Shown here piece after piece: positions 61,426-64,000 of a stretch of 64,000 nucleotides of DNA. Positions within the stretch are counted from its first letter, which is position 1; each line of letters begins with the position of its first letter. The translations under genes and the position numbers were made by a program. The notes beneath the pieces were generated by a model. That model did not search any database and was not told the DNA's origin. It was given only the letters and a program-made list of their open reading frames with translations. The stretch comes from Amoebidium appalachense (lineage: Eukaryota; Protista; Ichthyosporea): contig CAVNZM010000010.1 of assembly GCA_963693365.1 (NCBI GenBank), positions 6,883,794-6,947,793 of the forward strand, read 5' to 3'.

Positions 61426-64000
61426 TCACACTCCTCCTCGGTCTCCTCCCCCCCCTCCCCCTCCCCCCGTGTGTCTACGTGTATTTGCATCACTCCCCCC
61501 CCGGTCCCCTCCCCCCACCGACTTTTTCACACCACGATTAAACTGAGGAATAACTCTCTTTGGCCTAGAGGGAGCACTAGGCAACTCCCTCTGCACTAAT
61601 CTAGCCTCATAAGCACGAATAGAAAACGAACAATCCAAATGAAACTCAGGCAACCACTGATCTTCCTGATAACCTCCCTCAAAACGAATTAAATAATAAT
61701 TTACCTTACCTTCCTTACCTTCGATAACCTTTTTATCCATAATTTTATCTACTGCAGCCTCCCGGATACATCCACCGACCCGTCATAGTCGGGGGTGAAT
61801 GCATCTAACACTCGACGGCCCTCCGGCCGTTTAACCCTAAGGGCCCTATCATAATATTCCTTTATATCATCTACATTATAAAATCTAACATCACTCTCAT
61901 TATCTAACCTCTGCACCTTATATTCCGTCGGACCTAACCTAGCCACTATTTTATACGGGCCAATGAAAAGAGGCAACCATTTCTTACCATACGTACGAAG
62001 ACCTTCACCTTCACCCTTACCTTCCTGCTCCTGCTTATATCTCTTTTTCCTAGTATGATCCCTAATTAAAACTAAAGTACCCTCGGCAAATTCACGTAAC
62101 GGACGTGTGGACACGTCTGCACGTGTCTGTGCCTGCTGTGTACGGGCCAGAGCTGCATCACGTGCAGCCCGGGCCCGGGTTAGTAGCTGCTCCCGGAACT
62201 CAGTCCAGTGGGGATAAGTTAGTCGGTCAGCCCCCCCCATCGGCAAAAGTGCCGTATCTAACAAACTAATAGCCTCCTGCCCATAGACCAAATAAAACGG
62301 AGAAAAACCAGTCACAGCATGAGGGGTAGAATTATATGAATGAGCAATAAACCTAGACATATGATCCCAATCATTAGCCTCCACATCCACCATTTTGCCA
62401 AAGGACTTCTGAAACACTGCATGCACACGTTCAGAGATGGCATTTGCTTGAGGGTGATATGCAGACGTAGTGATATGAGCTACCCTTAAAATTTTACACA
62501 CCTCCGACACCAACTGATTTAAAAACACACGACTCCTATCCGTTAACAAAACACGAGGACAACCAAACCTAAGACAAATTTCATCCACAAAAATACGAGC
62601 AAACAAAACGGCATTAGCAGTGGGGAGAGGAAAAACTTCAACCCAACGAGTGGCCACATCGGTGACGGTAACCAGAACAGTGTTACCCTCAACCGTAGAA
62701 TTAAAAGGACCGACCACATCCACCGCTACCCTTTCAAACATACGAACATTAAAATCCCTAATAAACGACGGGCGGGAACGAGAGTGGGGACTCTCATTCC
62801 TTTCCTGACAATGCATGCATGACAACACATAATCCCTCACCTCCCTACTCATACCCGGCCAAAAATACGAACGATTAACACGAAGCAACGTCCTATTTAC
62901 ACCTAAATGACCAGCCATGGGATGCTCATGCACCATATGCAAAACCTCAGGCACAAGTGCCGTCGGGACCCAAACTCGGTGTCCGTCTGGCCCAGAACAA
63001 TGATAGACTAAATCCTGCTCTACCTGACACATTTTTGCTAACTTAGCTACCTTAATCATCTGCCTTTTATTTTTAAATTTAATCGAATCAACCGGCCCCT
63101 TTAAATAATTCTTAACCAGACCAATCAACACATCTTCCTCCTGAGCTAAGATCAAAGCCGTAGGTGCTAAGGCAGGGGCCGAGCCATGAGACTCGGTCCC
63201 GACCTCAGACACTGACAAATACCTCCCCCCCCCTCCCCTACACTTATAAGCAAGCAACCCCGGAGCCCAAGAAGAAACATCAACAGACACAGCATCTATT
63301 CCTTTCTGCTCACTCTCCCCCCCCCCTTCCCCCCCCTCCCCCCCCCGTCTCTCACTATCCCCCCCCTCCCCCTCCTTCTCTTCTTCAAACAAAATATAAG
63401 CAGCACGAGAGAGAGCATCACAGTCAACCATTGTTTCACCCTTGGCATAAAACAATTTATAGGAGAACTCACCGAGAGCCGCGGCCCACTTCTGCATCCT
63501 CTCGTTGACCAGACGAGTGGTGCCGGCCATGGCTAGGCAGGGCTTGTGGTCGGTGTAGACCTCAAACGTCCTGCCTGCGAGTATATACCTCCATGCCTGT
63601 GAGACTGCCCAAAAGATAGCATGGGACTCTCTCTCCGGATTGCTATATCTACGTTCACTTTTACTAAATGAACGACTAGCATAAGCAATCACTCTATCCT
63701 GCCCCTCCTGCACTTGATATAACACGGCCCCCTCAGCAACCTTACTTGCATCACACCGAACTTTAAACATCCCCCCCCCGGCCGAAAAATCAGGATGAAC
63801 AAGCATACTCGAAGACTGCAAAGCTAACTTAAGCTTTTCGAAAGCAGAAACAGCATCAACATTCCAATCTATTCTATTCTTCTTCTCCCCCCCGTCTGAC
63901 TAGTTAACGGCAAAGCAAGCATACTATAATCCTTAATATAACGACGAAGATAATTAGTTAAACCTAAAAATTGCCTTAGTTGAGTGACAGTCTGAGGACG
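61426..64000 (-). mobile_element. Ty3/Gypsy (chromovirus-type) pol: RT thumb, RNase H, integrase, chromodomain; continues beyond the window
   Basis: LRQFLGLTNY, CDAS..IAYASR, YTDHKP, HHCC (H..GHLG..CMHCQ), DVVGP/TDRS/NAISER core, GPY motif, chromodomain VDKIMDKK..YYLIRFEGG..DQWLPEFHL. Frame breaks at ~63888 and ~61760. Confidence 0.95.

Overview
Eukaryotic genomic DNA from an opisthokont (EF-1alpha carries the opisthokont-specific ~12-aa insertion). The mix of genes and elements (canonical EF1A, RSPRY1, I-BAR+SH3 protein, SHOCT-alpha-kinase, Plavaka-like transposase) suggests a unicellular holozoan such as an ichthyosporean; this is inference only. Bases 1 to ~42.5 kb are genic: the 3' end of an RmlD/SDR-like gene (+), an IRSp53-like gene (-), RSPRY1 (+), EF1A (-) and an alpha-kinase (-). 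Their small exons sit in introns full of poly(C)/poly(G) tracts and (CA)n/(GT)n repeats, so most ORFs in the supplied track are low-complexity artefacts. Bases ~42.9-64 kb are a nest of mobile elements: a broken PAT/DIRS-type tyrosine-recombinase retroelement, LTR-like inserts, a Copia RT fragment, an intact piggyBac transposase, an orphan Zn-finger ORF, a Plavaka/CACTA-like transposase exon, 374-bp tandem repeats and a chromodomain Gypsy. The most notable undescribed signal is a dispersed ~240-270 nt SINE-like family that ends in poly(C) and sits in G/C tracts. Its 5' ~150-160 nt fold into a covariation-supported, doubly pseudoknotted RNA. All exon and structure calls were made by eye.
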